The notes under the pieces: model-generated
What the model was told of the DNA's origin: nothing
What the model saw: the letters and a program-made list of their open reading frames with translations, nothing else
Databases searched by the model: none
DNA from: SAR202 cluster bacterium
GTDB lineage: Bacteria; Chloroflexota; Dehalococcoidia; Lucifugimonadales; UBA2962
Assembly: GCA_009392275.1 (NCBI GenBank)
Contig: VFGV01000020.1
Span: 2,207 to 66,206 of the forward strand
Direction: 5' to 3'
Length of the DNA: 64,000 nucleotides
Program-made: the position numbers and the translations under genes
Part shown: positions 20,956 to 31,141 of the stretch, piece by piece
Layout of the letters: each line of letters starts with the position of its first letter
How positions within the stretch are numbered: position 1 is the stretch's first letter

Positions 20956-22109
20956 GCTTAGATTTAAATAGTACTTCGCAACAAATACAAAACATGTCGA
21001 AGAATATCAGCGCTCGTGAAACTGACCGTTTAAAACGAATTGAAACTGCAGTAGCTGCTGCTAATGATTTTGATCTTAAGTCTTATGAAATAGTTAGACA
21101 AAATCTTGCCGAATTAGGCCGAACCACGACTTCAATAAAGGATAGTCCTAGTAAAACGTTTTTCACCCCCGATTTGCCGAAAAATATAATTGTTGCTGCG
21201 GTAGACGGATCACATATAGATGTGGACCGGCATTTAGCTGCCCAATGTTTTTTAATCAATATTGGGAGCTGCCTGATTAAGTACGGCGATGATCCATACG
21301 CTGAGCTAGCAACCAGACCCACTTTGTATGCGACAGACGAAAACATGGTTATAAAAAGCGCTGACAATAGAACTCAAAAAATTCAAGGATCTGTTCTTGG
21401 AATAAAACGTCATATCGAAGAGTTAAAGGAATTAGCAAAATTGATCAATGACATACCTAAAGAAACTCCATCCTGTTTATTCTTAGACGGAACTTTGTTT
21501 CCGGTGGGAATGTCAATTTTTCCACAGTTTGTGAGAGATCAATTCTACGATGACATAAAAGAAACCATGACCTTCTTATTAACAGAATCTAGTCATCGAA
21601 AGATGTCAGTTGCTGCTTATATCAGTTATCCGAGCCATAGCGACATCGTGGAGTCATTAAGAATGCTTATATGTGATGATATAGCTGGCACAGGTATATG
21701 CGGCGGTTGTGTTGAAGGAGTTAAAGATAGAGATATTTTTTATAAATTACTAGGCCCAGATCAAAGGTCTCCAGTATTTGTACGCAAAACAACCCCTGGA
21801 CATAATAACATTGCATGTGACATAGGTTTTTTTTATGTTAAAGCTGGTAACGAGATAGTAAGAATAGAAATGCCATACTGGTCGGTTGAGGACAATGATA
21901 TTATTGAATTGACTCACGGAACCTCTTTGGATCAATCGAAAAGGGGGCCAGGTTATCCAACAGTTTTGATAGAGGCACATGAACAAGCAATAGTAACTAC
22001 AGCTGATAGAGAGTCTTTTGTCGAATTGGTTGAATTATCCTTGAATGCCAATGGATTATCGACACCAACATCTCAAAAAAACATCTCAAAAAGATTACGG
22101 AATATTTAA
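20952..22109 (+). CDS. nurA: NurA-family nuclease
   Basis: AVDGSHI, FLDGTL, RIEMP and GPGYPTVLIEAHEQA; lies next to a HerA gene. Confidence 0.88.
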   Translation: MSLDLNSTSQQIQNMSKNISARETDRLKRIETAVAAANDFDLKSYEIVRQNLAELGRTTTSIKDSPSKTFFTPDLPKNIIVAAVDGSHIDVDRHLAAQCFLINIGSCLIKYGDDPYAELATRPTLYATDENMVIKSADNRTQKIQGSVLGIKRHIEELKELAKLINDIPKETPSCLFLDGTLFPVGMSIFPQFVRDQFYDDIKETMTFLLTESSHRKMSVAAYISYPSHSDIVESLRMLICDDIAGTGICGGCVEGVKDRDIFYKLLGPDQRSPVFVRKTTPGHNNIACDIGFFYVKAGNEIVRIEMPYWSVEDNDIIELTHGTSLDQSKRGPGYPTVLIEAHEQAIVTTADRESFVELVELSLNANGLSTPTSQKNISKRLRNI

Positions 22110-22727
22110 ATGGGATCTGCAAAACAAGAGAAAAAAGATAATTTTTCGGGAAATATAATTGGAGAAGTAATACGATCCTCTAGCACGGATTTTGAAACTC
22201 AATGCTATGAACTTTACAAATTTCCACCTTTGGGATCTCTCGTAACATCAGATGATGAAAATCCTGTTATTGGAATAGTTTCCCACTCCGTAACAGAAAG
22301 CATGGATCCCTCAAGAACACCTAGACCTAGAGGTCCTGGGTTAGACAACGTTAAGTCCATCTACGACGACAGTCCTCAGTTAAACAACCTACTTACAAGT
22401 CGATTTACATCAATCACTGTTGGCTACACAAAAGATAGCTCTATTGTGATGAAATTGTCTCCATTTCCTCCACGAATATTGTCACCTACTCGCATTTGCA
22501 ATGACTCGGAATTGAATGAATTTTCATCAAACTTTGATTTTGTATCTCGACTATTGAATCCAAGTATAGGCTCTTCTGACGATGTGTTAGCTGCTTTTTT
22601 AGATATTGCATCTGGTCTAAAGCCAGACCCTGAGCAATATTTAATAGAAATTGGTAAAGAGATAGCTTCATTACTTCCAGGCCAAATGCGCAGAGTTAAC
22701 CTCATTTTAAGGAATGCTTGTAAATGA
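22110..22727 (+). CDS. Stand-alone HAS-barrel domain protein
   Basis: IGEVIRSSSTDFETQCYELYKFPPLGSLV. Its position between nurA and herA matches the cyanobacterial/Chloroflexota arrangement. Confidence 0.7.
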   Translation: MGSAKQEKKDNFSGNIIGEVIRSSSTDFETQCYELYKFPPLGSLVTSDDENPVIGIVSHSVTESMDPSRTPRPRGPGLDNVKSIYDDSPQLNNLLTSRFTSITVGYTKDSSIVMKLSPFPPRILSPTRICNDSELNEFSSNFDFVSRLLNPSIGSSDDVLAAFLDIASGLKPDPEQYLIEIGKEIASLLPGQMRRVNLILRNACK

Positions 22728-24397
22728 ATTCTGAAGAGAGATTTGAACAACTAAAGAAAAACGTAAATAGTGACGAAGGTTGGTCGGGAATAATAGTAGG
22801 AGGATCGCTTTCAGATGGCTTGGATGTTCGTCTCTCGGCAGACTCATCCATAGAATCAGTTAAAGTAGGCAGGCTAGTAACTATTCAAGGGAAATCACAT
22901 AAGTTCTTCGGGCAAGTTTCTGATGTTATCTTGGACTCCTCAGACAGTAACCTTAGTGCTCACTCAGAAGAAATATCAAATGGAATGATGTCTGAGGTCG
23001 CTATCGGTACAGCTGCATATGGGTTGATCAAAATACAACCTAAACTGTCTTTAGATACGGATGACATTTCGTCTAATCCACAAGCAGCAAAAACTGTACC
23101 TCCACATTTTTCAACGGTAGCCGCGTCCACACATGCTGACATCGAAATGATATTTGGAAAAGAAGCCCCCGGAAAATTTTGGATAGGTTCTCCTTTAGAC
23201 ATGGAAACAAAGCTGTGTTTAGATATTAATGAGCTTACAAAAAGAAGTAATGGTGTGTTCGGCAAGAGTGGTACAGGAAAAACTTTTCTAACCAGATTAT
23301 TGTTGGCAGGCATACTCCAAAGTGAAAAAGCAGCTAATCTAGTATTCGATATGCATAGTGAGTATGGATGGCAAGGTTATTCTGAAACAGCAAACCACCA
23401 AGTCAAGGGACTCAAACAATTATTCCCTTCAAAAGTAGCAATATTTTCCTTAGATGAAGACCACTCCAAAAGACGTGGTTTGACCCCCGATTATGTAGTA
23501 AAAATTGGATATAAGGAAGTTGAACCAGAAGATATCGAAATCCTAAGGGAATCTTTAAATCTGTCACCTCAGGCTGCTGATGCTGCCCACTCACTGTTCC
23601 GACATTATGGAAAAAACTGGTTATTGGAGTTTCTTGATATTTCGGGAACAGAGGCATTCAACTCACTGTCAGGACAACTCAACGTTAATCAAGGTGCCCT
23701 CTCAACCCTTCACAGAAGGTTACGCGAGTTTAGACGTTTCGAATTTATGGATACCACATCAGTGCATGATTCAGTCAACCAAATCCTACGATATTTAGAT
23801 CGAGGAATAAATGTTGTTCTAGAGTTTGGGAAGTATGGACGAGATACCGATGCATACATCCTGGTTGCCAACCTCCTAACAAGAAGAATATACGACAGAT
23901 ATGCTGAGTACAAAGAAAGGTCATTATCTGGAATAGGTGATGAACCCATACCTCTAGTGATAACTATTGAAGAAGCTCACAAATACCTTACTCCTGAGCT
24001 CGCAAATCAAACGATATTTGGCACTATAGCTCGCGAAATGCGCAAATATAATGTTACTATCCTGATAGTTGACCAAAGACCCAGCCAGATTGATGAAGAA
24101 GTAATGAGTCAATTGGGTACAAAATTAGTATGCTTACTAGACAATAATCGAGACGTGGACTCAGTCTTGTCAGGAGTTTCAGGTCAAAGAAAACTAAGAA
24201 GCGTCTTATCTAGCCTAGACTCTCGGCAACAAGCATTGTTATTTGGACATGCATTACCAATGCCCGTTGAAATAAGAGTTAGAGACTACGGAACGGCTGA
24301 ATCATATAAATCCTTAGGATTTGTGGATACCAAAAGTAAAAAAGGTAAACACCAAATCGATCAAGATAAATCTGATCTATTTGGTAAAAACACGTAA
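22724..24397 (+). CDS. herA: HerA/FtsK-family ATPase (DUF87) with N-terminal HAS barrel
   Basis: Walker A GKSGTGKT, FDMHSEY, Walker B ITIEEAH, AREMRKY and DQRPS. Confidence 0.9.
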   Translation: MNSEERFEQLKKNVNSDEGWSGIIVGGSLSDGLDVRLSADSSIESVKVGRLVTIQGKSHKFFGQVSDVILDSSDSNLSAHSEEISNGMMSEVAIGTAAYGLIKIQPKLSLDTDDISSNPQAAKTVPPHFSTVAASTHADIEMIFGKEAPGKFWIGSPLDMETKLCLDINELTKRSNGVFGKSGTGKTFLTRLLLAGILQSEKAANLVFDMHSEYGWQGYSETANHQVKGLKQLFPSKVAIFSLDEDHSKRRGLTPDYVVKIGYKEVEPEDIEILRESLNLSPQAADAAHSLFRHYGKNWLLEFLDISGTEAFNSLSGQLNVNQGALSTLHRRLREFRRFEFMDTTSVHDSVNQILRYLDRGINVVLEFGKYGRDTDAYILVANLLTRRIYDRYAEYKERSLSGIGDEPIPLVITIEEAHKYLTPELANQTIFGTIAREMRKYNVTILIVDQRPSQIDEEVMSQLGTKLVCLLDNNRDVDSVLSGVSGQRKLRSVLSSLDSRQQALLFGHALPMPVEIRVRDYGTAESYKSLGFVDTKSKKGKHQIDQDKSDLFGKNT

Positions 24398-24408
24398 CCT
24401 ATACTGAA

Positions 24409-24750
24409 CTAATTATCTTGCATACCAAAATGATTGGTAATTTCCTGGATTATAAGGCTTTTTATCTCTTCCCTAATTTCGTTTTCATCACTAAACAGTA
24501 ATTCAATAGAATCTTGAAACAGACATATCCTGTCAGGAAGAACCTCTCCATAATCATTTCGCTCGGTTACAGGTACTCCTTCATAAAGACAGATTAAAAA
24601 ATCTTCATCCGATACAAAAGATGCTCCAATATTGTCTTTAGGTGGAATATCATCGACAACAACATCCACGTTTTCCAACCGATCTTGGAATTCAACCGGG
24701 ATATCATCCATCGCTTCACTCACCAACAATTCAAATTCGGATCTCTTCAT
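24409..24750 (-). CDS. Zincin-like (DUF1025/minimal metallopeptidase) protein, zinc motif degenerate
   Basis: FELLVSEAMDDIP, LYEGVP and LPDRICLF; the expected HEIxHHFG reads QEITNHFG. Confidence 0.8.
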   Translation of the reverse strand: MKRSEFELLVSEAMDDIPVEFQDRLENVDVVVDDIPPKDNIGASFVSDEDFLICLYEGVPVTERNDYGEVLPDRICLFQDSIELLFSDENEIREEIKSLIIQEITNHFGMQDN

Positions 24751-24808
24751 CTATATACTCTACCTATAGACCATCATTTTGTGATAAATTGCACATATAG
24801 AGCACGTC

Positions 24809-25531
24809 ATGTCTTTGATAATTAAACAACACTTGAAACTTACGACACAACCATTAAATTGGATACTTTTTGGCTTAAGTCTAGTATTAGTTATTTTTAC
24901 TCTTTACTTAATATTTTTATATGTCCCTACCGATGCGAATCTTGGTATTTCGCAACGTATATTTTATATACATGTACCAATTGCCTGGCTAGGCATGATA
25001 TCGATTGTCATTGTCGCATTAGCTTCAGCATTATATCTCTGGACCAAAAATCACAAATGGGATGATCTCGCATATTCAACAGCTGAGTATGGAATGATAT
25101 TCGCGACCTTAATTATTATTACTGGAGCTATATGGGCAAAACCAGTATGGGGAGTTTGGTGGACCTGGGACTCTAAACTAACCACAACATTAATCTTGTG
25201 GTTTATCTATGCCAGTTATTTGATACTGCGTGCTTATGGACCCAAAGGAATACAACAGGCTAGATATGCAGCAATAATAGCACTTATTGGCGCCATAGAT
25301 GCGCCAATAATATATTTAGCAACTGAATGGTGGCGAACTGCACATCCGAGTTATGTAATTGGACCTCTTGAGGAATCTGGGGGGCTAGACACACAGATGC
25401 GTACTGCGTTTTTAGTATCAATAATTGCTTTTACAGTACTGTATGTTTTCTTGCTGTCAAATAGATATAAAATAAGAAGATCAGAAACTGAACTAGATGA
25501 ATTACACCAAGAGGTTTCAGCAATTGAATAA
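24809..25531 (+). CDS. ccmC: Cytochrome c maturation heme-handling protein CcmC
   Basis: RIFYIHVP, the WWD motif GAIWAKPVWGVWWTWDSKL, and WWRTAHP. Confidence 0.95.
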   Translation: MSLIIKQHLKLTTQPLNWILFGLSLVLVIFTLYLIFLYVPTDANLGISQRIFYIHVPIAWLGMISIVIVALASALYLWTKNHKWDDLAYSTAEYGMIFATLIIITGAIWAKPVWGVWWTWDSKLTTTLILWFIYASYLILRAYGPKGIQQARYAAIIALIGAIDAPIIYLATEWWRTAHPSYVIGPLEESGGLDTQMRTAFLVSIIAFTVLYVFLLSNRYKIRRSETELDELHQEVSAIE

Positions 25532-25841
25532 AATTAGTTTAATATCCATATTTGCGCTTTTGTGTACAATTCCATTTTTATTAAGTATTCAGCCAGTACA
25601 TGCTTATAATTCCTATGAGCATGACTTAACGGTTTCTTCTTTATATCCTCAACAGGATATGGAAAATGAGGTGGAAGATGACAAATCAGACAATAATTTA
25701 GGGTACGTTTTTGCTGTGTTTGCAATTGTATGGGGTTTGTTTTTTGCTTTCATGATATTACTAATGCGAAAACAAACTCGTATTAACTTGGAAATAGCAT
25801 CTCTAAAACAATTATTGGAAAAAAAGAATAACCCTGAATAA
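25497..25841 (+). CDS. CcmD-like small membrane protein with N-terminal extension (start uncertain)
   Basis: Lies between ccmC and ccmE. C-terminal GYVFAVFAIVWGLFFAF...RKQTRINLEIASLK fits the CcmD TM plus coiled pattern. Confidence 0.6.
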   Translation: MNYTKRFQQLNKISLISIFALLCTIPFLLSIQPVHAYNSYEHDLTVSSLYPQQDMENEVEDDKSDNNLGYVFAVFAIVWGLFFAFMILLMRKQTRINLEIASLKQLLEKKNNPE

Positions 25842-25858
25842 CACAAATAAACTTAAAA

Positions 25859-26320
25859 ATGGATCAACATCAAATTACCGAATCTTCAATAACTGAAACT
25901 AATTTTGTTTCCACCAACCGAATTAAAATATTAATTGCGGGTTTAGCTCTACTGGGAGCATTGTGCTACTTTGCTTTTATGGCATTTCAAGGAGCTACAG
26001 TATATTACTACACTGTTGGCGAAGCCAAAGATATAAAAAGTTCTAATTCTGATCAAATGTTGAGGGTTAGCGGTAAACTAGTTCCTGCTTCATTTGCGAG
26101 AGCCGATGGATCAACCGAAGCTCATTTTGAACTTACCGACGGTACATACACCATGGATGCAATCCATGACGGAATACTGCCTGACCTGTTCTTCAACGAA
26201 CACTCCGAGATTATTCTTGAAGGTTCATTTTTAGATGACGATGTATTTCACAGTCAAAATGTAATCGTTAAGTGTCCATCTAAGTATGTAGCAATGGAAG
26301 AAGAAACTAATCAAAGCTAG
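25859..26320 (+). CDS. ccmE: Heme chaperone CcmE, CxxxY type
   Basis: N-terminal TM, VYYYTVGE, LRVSGKL, GILPDLF and VKCPSKY. Confidence 0.92.
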   Translation: MDQHQITESSITETNFVSTNRIKILIAGLALLGALCYFAFMAFQGATVYYYTVGEAKDIKSSNSDQMLRVSGKLVPASFARADGSTEAHFELTDGTYTMDAIHDGILPDLFFNEHSEIILEGSFLDDDVFHSQNVIVKCPSKYVAMEEETNQS

Positions 26321-26353
26321 ATAACATACACTAGCCTCACAAATCTAAAAAAT

Positions 26354-27220
26354 TTAAATTGCTAGCATATCCAAGATATCTTGTGTTGATTTAGAGCCAG
26401 ACATATTTGTCATTGAATCAATTCTTGACTGGAAATCAGGCCTTGTTGTGTCTTTGTACAGGAGTCCTAAAGGTATCCCACCACGACTGAGCAAGTCCGA
26501 TGCAGCTCGGATGTCAGAAGAGTTATGGTCATCAGGAATAGCCCAAGCTTGAGGTTCAATCCCCTTTTTAACGCTTCCCTTCAATAATTCATAAGTGTCA
26601 TTGTAAGTAGTACATGGAGATTGAACATGAACAATTGAAAACCCTGGATGTTCCATAGCGTCAACAATTGTAGTAGCAAGGTCTTTAACTTTAGAGGACA
26701 TCGCAGATGCAATATATGAAACGCCTAACGTCAAATATAGTGACAATGGATGAGTTTTTTCCTCAACCTTTCCATATGGAGTAGAACTTGTAATCATTCC
26801 AATTTCAGATGTAGGAGAACTTTGACCTTTTGTTAATCCATATACCCCATTGTCCATAACTACAGCGCACACATTTAAATTACGTCCTGCTTGTGGCCCG
26901 ATATGTTCCAATCCAATGCTTAAAAAGTCTCCGTCACCAGCAACAACAACAACATTAAGATCTGGGTTAGTCATTTTTACACCCATTGCAATTGGCAAAG
27001 TTCTACCGTGAACTCCATGAATGCCGAAAGGTTGATCTCCTTCAAGAAGATGAACCATGTTGCCAGAACATCCAATACCAGCAACGACAACATTATTCTC
27101 TATAGCGATTCCTGTATCAGCATGTCTCTGTTGTATCGCTGATTCAAGAGCTCTTCTAACACCAAAGTCTCCGCAGCCAGGGCACCATTTAAAATCATAT
27201 TCTGGGTTTTTTGCACTCAT
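26354..27220 (-). CDS. korB: 2-oxoacid:ferredoxin oxidoreductase beta subunit
   Basis: WCPGCGDFG, GIGCSG, HGRTLP, the GDGD TPP motif, DNGVYGLTKGQSSPT and SPCTTYN. Substrate not determinable. Confidence 0.9.
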   Translation of the reverse strand: MSAKNPEYDFKWCPGCGDFGVRRALESAIQQRHADTGIAIENNVVVAGIGCSGNMVHLLEGDQPFGIHGVHGRTLPIAMGVKMTNPDLNVVVVAGDGDFLSIGLEHIGPQAGRNLNVCAVVMDNGVYGLTKGQSSPTSEIGMITSSTPYGKVEEKTHPLSLYLTLGVSYIASAMSSKVKDLATTIVDAMEHPGFSIVHVQSPCTTYNDTYELLKGSVKKGIEPQAWAIPDDHNSSDIRAASDLLSRGGIPLGLLYKDTTRPDFQSRIDSMTNMSGSKSTQDILDMLAI

Positions 27221-27223
27221 ATT

Positions 27224-28936
27224 TTATTTATTTCCTTGTTTGTAACTTTCAATCTGTTCAGTTACACGCTCAACCAAATCTTTTACTTTAAATGGTAGGC
27301 CCGTGTATTGTGTTATAGATATCGCGTTTACTCCTAATGATCTTAAAACCATTGAAAATTGTCCTTGATAGTTAAGTTCAGGAACTATAACAAGTTCCTT
27401 TTGCTTTAATAATGCAAGCATGTCTGGAGGAAGTGGGTTGAGGAACATCGTGTATAACCAGCCGATATCAGCCCCGGATTTAATCAAGCTGTCAAATGCT
27501 TCCCGAGCAGGTCCTTTTGTGCCTCCCCAAGGAACCAATGCAATAGCTGAGTCAGTAAACTCAGCTTCAAAATCGCCATCTTCCAAAACTTTTATTTTAT
27601 TCCATCTACGATGAGTCATCTGAACATGTCGTTCCGCTAGGTGTGTCGTATCACCGATCCCATCATGCTCACTACCATTTGCAACATAACTACCCGGGCC
27701 GCCTGGTATTGGCATCGGTGACACACCAGATTGGCCATATCTTTGGTATCCATTCGTATCCATGTTCACTAGTCGTTTTTCCACTGGAATTTTAGATAAA
27801 TCAGGCTTACGCATGTTTTGATTCCGCTCTGATAAAGCCATTTCACTCATCAAAATAACAGGTCCCTGATATCTTTCAGCCCAATTTACTGCAGTCACTG
27901 CTCCATGAAAACATTCCTCAACAGACCCAGGTGCAATTACCGGTAATCGAATATCACCATGAGCCGGAAACATCGTAGACATCAAATCTGATTGTTCAGT
28001 TTTAGTTGGGAGTCCAGTTGCTGGACCTCCGCGCTGCACGTTCACAACCACCAATGGAATTTCAGCCATCCAGGCTAATCCTAATCCTTCACTCATTAAA
28101 GATAGTCCAGGGCCCGCCGTTGAAGTCATAGCCTTAGCACCTGCAAAACCAGCTCCAACTAAAGCTGTTATCGACTCAATTTCAGAGCTTACCTGAAAAA
28201 CGAATTTACCTTTCGCAGGTAAGTTTTTCTCCATGAACAAGAGAATTGGAGTTGCAGGTGATATAGGATATCCTGCAAAAAAATCAACTCCTGCATGCAT
28301 AGCGCCAAGAGATATCGCCAGGTTGCCGTTCATTAATACCTGTTCATAATCAGGTTTTTTAGATGGATTTAGTTGACCGATACTGATTCCTCGTTGCTTA
28401 ACCTCATTTCTACCCAAACCCATAGCTTTAATATTCGACTCTATAATTTCTTGATCATTAGACCGGCCTCGAGTAAATTTCTTTGTAACAAATTCGTCCA
28501 GAATATCTTGCTTCATCGATACAAGTTCAGCTAATGCCCCGATAACTACCATATTGGCAGCTCTTGTATTTCCGGTGGATTTTGCCAATTCATCAAAATC
28601 GATCCCTATGGCACTATCATTATCTGTAAGTTCGAATTCTGCGCTATTGTAAACAATTACTCCTTCGGGACTAAGGGAATTTGAATGATTTAAATAAGCT
28701 TGTTCATTGAAACACACTAAAATATCAAGTTCGTCTCCTGAGCTTAGAACCGGATTAACCGAAATCCGAGTTTGAGTCCATGTAGGGCCACCAAGAATTT
28801 GGGAGGGGAAAGTTGCAAATGTCTGCGCATTATAGCCAGTCTGTGTAGCAGCCTGAGCTAACCCCTCAGCAGAGGTAACAACTCCTTGTCCGCCTTCTCC
28901 AGCAAAACGAACAATTAAATCGTCTTTATCCAACAA
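27224..28936 (-). CDS. korA: 2-oxoacid:ferredoxin oxidoreductase alpha subunit (gamma-alpha fusion)
   Basis: AGEGGQGV, FAGYPISPAT, TAGPGLSLMSE, QRGGPATGLPTKTEQSD and ELNYQGQ. Confidence 0.9.
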   Translation of the reverse strand: MLDKDDLIVRFAGEGGQGVVTSAEGLAQAATQTGYNAQTFATFPSQILGGPTWTQTRISVNPVLSSGDELDILVCFNEQAYLNHSNSLSPEGVIVYNSAEFELTDNDSAIGIDFDELAKSTGNTRAANMVVIGALAELVSMKQDILDEFVTKKFTRGRSNDQEIIESNIKAMGLGRNEVKQRGISIGQLNPSKKPDYEQVLMNGNLAISLGAMHAGVDFFAGYPISPATPILLFMEKNLPAKGKFVFQVSSEIESITALVGAGFAGAKAMTSTAGPGLSLMSEGLGLAWMAEIPLVVVNVQRGGPATGLPTKTEQSDLMSTMFPAHGDIRLPVIAPGSVEECFHGAVTAVNWAERYQGPVILMSEMALSERNQNMRKPDLSKIPVEKRLVNMDTNGYQRYGQSGVSPMPIPGGPGSYVANGSEHDGIGDTTHLAERHVQMTHRRWNKIKVLEDGDFEAEFTDSAIALVPWGGTKGPAREAFDSLIKSGADIGWLYTMFLNPLPPDMLALLKQKELVIVPELNYQGQFSMVLRSLGVNAISITQYTGLPFKVKDLVERVTEQIESYKQGNK

Positions 28937-29077
28937 TCAATCCTATATAGCATCTAACCAACAAACAAAAAGATTTGTTAAAAAGATATATTTAAAAAGT
29001 GTCTTTCCAAAGTATCAGTTCAAAATCTCATATGTCAATGAGTAAATAAAATCGTTTTGCCTAAGCATAAAGCCCAC

Positions 29078-29112
29078 TATACAGGCGTTTAACCGGTTTA
29101 TACACCTGTATA
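29078..29112. other. Long imperfect inverted repeat between the ccmB stop and the korA start (hairpin or operator)
   Basis: TATACAGGCGTTTAA-CCGGT-TTATACACCTGTATA; arms pair with two mismatches; no clear U-tract. Confidence 0.45.
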
Positions 29113-29158
29113 TTCGACTATCGAATTTTATTTCAATTTACATTTCGTTTTCGAATAA

Positions 29159-29848
29159 TTAATCATGTATAACATAGCTAAATGCGATTGAACACACAAT
29201 CAAAAATACTACATCGAAGGCTGCAATAATAGGCAGCCACATAGATACATCTGACCAACTACCACCTGTCAATGCCGGGACTGATGCCTCAATTGAAGCA
29301 ACTAATACAGGAACAATAACTGGTAGAAACAGAAGCGGAAGCATAACTTCTCTGGCTTTTGTTTTCATAGCCATTGCAGAAAATAAGGTCCCTACAGATG
29401 AAATGCCTAAGGTGGAAAGTAACGCTATAGGAATAAAGCCTGGAGATAAAATAGGCAAATTGTAGATAGCGGCAAAAATGGGAAAGGTTATTATTTCCAC
29501 AACCATCATAAATGTAAATGTCGATAATACTTTGCCAAAATAAATTGCATCTCTGCTTACAGGAGTCAATAAAAGTCCATTTAACGCATCGTTCTCTTTT
29601 TCGATAGCAAAAGTACGAGTAAAGCCTAACACTCCGCCAAAAATAAATGCGATCCATAAAATTCCAGGCGCAAATATACCGACGTTTGTGGCGTTTGGGC
29701 TAATTCCAAAATTGAACACGACAATTACTAATAAAGAAAACACCAAAACAGATACCAAGGTATCTCGAGATCTTATTTCATACATTACATCTTTCCAAAA
29801 AATTGCTAAACATGGGTTGAGCTTTATCCAATTAATAATCAAGTTCAT
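29159..29848 (-). CDS. ccmB: Heme exporter permease CcmB
   Basis: IFWKD, PGILW, FAIEKENDALNGLLLTP, FGKV and REVMLPLLFLPVIVPVL. Confidence 0.93.
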   Translation of the reverse strand: MNLIINWIKLNPCLAIFWKDVMYEIRSRDTLVSVLVFSLLVIVVFNFGISPNATNVGIFAPGILWIAFIFGGVLGFTRTFAIEKENDALNGLLLTPVSRDAIYFGKVLSTFTFMMVVEIITFPIFAAIYNLPILSPGFIPIALLSTLGISSVGTLFSAMAMKTKAREVMLPLLFLPVIVPVLVASIEASVPALTGGSWSDVSMWLPIIAAFDVVFLIVCSIAFSYVIHD

Positions 29849-30615
29849 GTCTTGACCTTTTTGAACTGGTCTGAATACTCAAAGTATTTTTCTGTAAGCT
29901 TTTTAATGTCAACTAATTCTGTTGCCTGATCATATCCAACCTTTCCGTTGGATAAGATTGCAACTCTGTCGCCAAGATTTACAGCTTGATCAAGGCTATG
30001 AGTAACAAGCAATACAGCACATGTCGATTTTTTTAAATCATTAATAATTACTCTTAGCAAACCTACTGCTGATTGATCTAATCCACTTTCAGGTTCATCC
30101 ATCAACAACAACTTAGGACTGCTTAATAAAGATCTCGCTATGGCAATCCTCTTTTGCATTCCATGTGACATATTGCCAACTTTCTGGTCCAAGATATTAG
30201 AAATTCCTAATTTGTCAGCTGTTTCTGTTATGCGATTATTAAGGCTTTCGACACGAAACAGACGGCCAAAAAATGTTAAATTCTCTAAACCAGTCATCTC
30301 AGAATAAAGCATAGGCGAGTGTCCAACCAAACCTATGGAACTTCTTATCTGATTCGAATGTTTTTCAATAGAATACCCACATATATTTACTATGCCTCGA
30401 TCAGGCTTCGCAAGAGTAGATATGATGTTAATTAACGTAGTCTTACCAGAACCGTTAGATCCCAAAACAGATAAGACTTCCCCTGCTTCAATGCTTAGGT
30501 CTAGATCATTAAGAACTCGAGTACGACCAAAGGACTTAGTTAGCCCCGACACTTGCAGAGACGTTCTGTTTTGTTGCTCAATTTGCACTAAATTGGTCTT
30601 TAATTTGTCACTCAT
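29845..30615 (-). CDS. ccmA: Heme exporter ABC ATPase CcmA
   Basis: GSNGSGKTT, MSHGMQKR, LLMDEP and VTH; overlaps ccmB. Likely start is ATG 30615 rather than 30690. Confidence 0.85.
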   Translation of the reverse strand: MSDKLKTNLVQIEQQNRTSLQVSGLTKSFGRTRVLNDLDLSIEAGEVLSVLGSNGSGKTTLINIISTLAKPDRGIVNICGYSIEKHSNQIRSSIGLVGHSPMLYSEMTGLENLTFFGRLFRVESLNNRITETADKLGISNILDQKVGNMSHGMQKRIAIARSLLSSPKLLLMDEPESGLDQSAVGLLRVIINDLKKSTCAVLLVTHSLDQAVNLGDRVAILSNGKVGYDQATELVDIKKLTEKYFEYSDQFKKVKT

Positions 30616-30706
30616 TAAAACTAATACTGTAGTATAAGGCGTACGTATAAACAACGGGTTGCAAGATAATAAGCCATAAAGCTTATTCAAATCGGGGAGT
30701 TGCTAT

Positions 30707-31141
30707 ATGCCAAGAATAGAAGATCTGAAATCAAAATATCTGAATATAAACAAGGAGTTTGAAGAATTTGACTCCGTCAGACATATTGATGACATAAAAA
30801 AATCAGTGCTGTTGTGTTTTGACAATTCATCAAATGAGCTAAGCTCAGAAGTTGAGATCGAATCTGATGAATTCACAGCTGTTTGCCCTTGGACCAATTT
30901 ACCTGATTATGGCAACTTAAAAATTATTTATTCGCCGAATGATCATCTGATTGAACTCAAGTCTCTAAAATACTACTTAACTCAATATCGCAATGTGGGA
31001 ATTGTTCAAGAATATGCAGCTGAACGAATACTTAATGACCTTGTTAGTGTATGCAACCCAAAACAAATGACGATAATACTCAAATATAAAATTCGCGGAG
31101 GACTGCTCACTACTGTAAAGTCGAGTTACACTAAACCGTGA
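30707..31141 (+). CDS. queF: NADPH-dependent preQ0 reductase QueF (type I)
   Basis: EFTAVCPWTNLPDY, QueF motif ELKSLKYY and RGG. Confidence 0.92.
   Translation: MPRIEDLKSKYLNINKEFEEFDSVRHIDDIKKSVLLCFDNSSNELSSEVEIESDEFTAVCPWTNLPDYGNLKIIYSPNDHLIELKSLKYYLTQYRNVGIVQEYAAERILNDLVSVCNPKQMTIILKYKIRGGLLTTVKSSYTKP

Noticed and set aside
20952-24397. HerA/NurA as an anti-phage system (Nezha or Sir2-HerA-like)
   Set aside because: No Sir2 or DUF4297 effector; it is embedded in a housekeeping operon and matches the repair-type arrangement.
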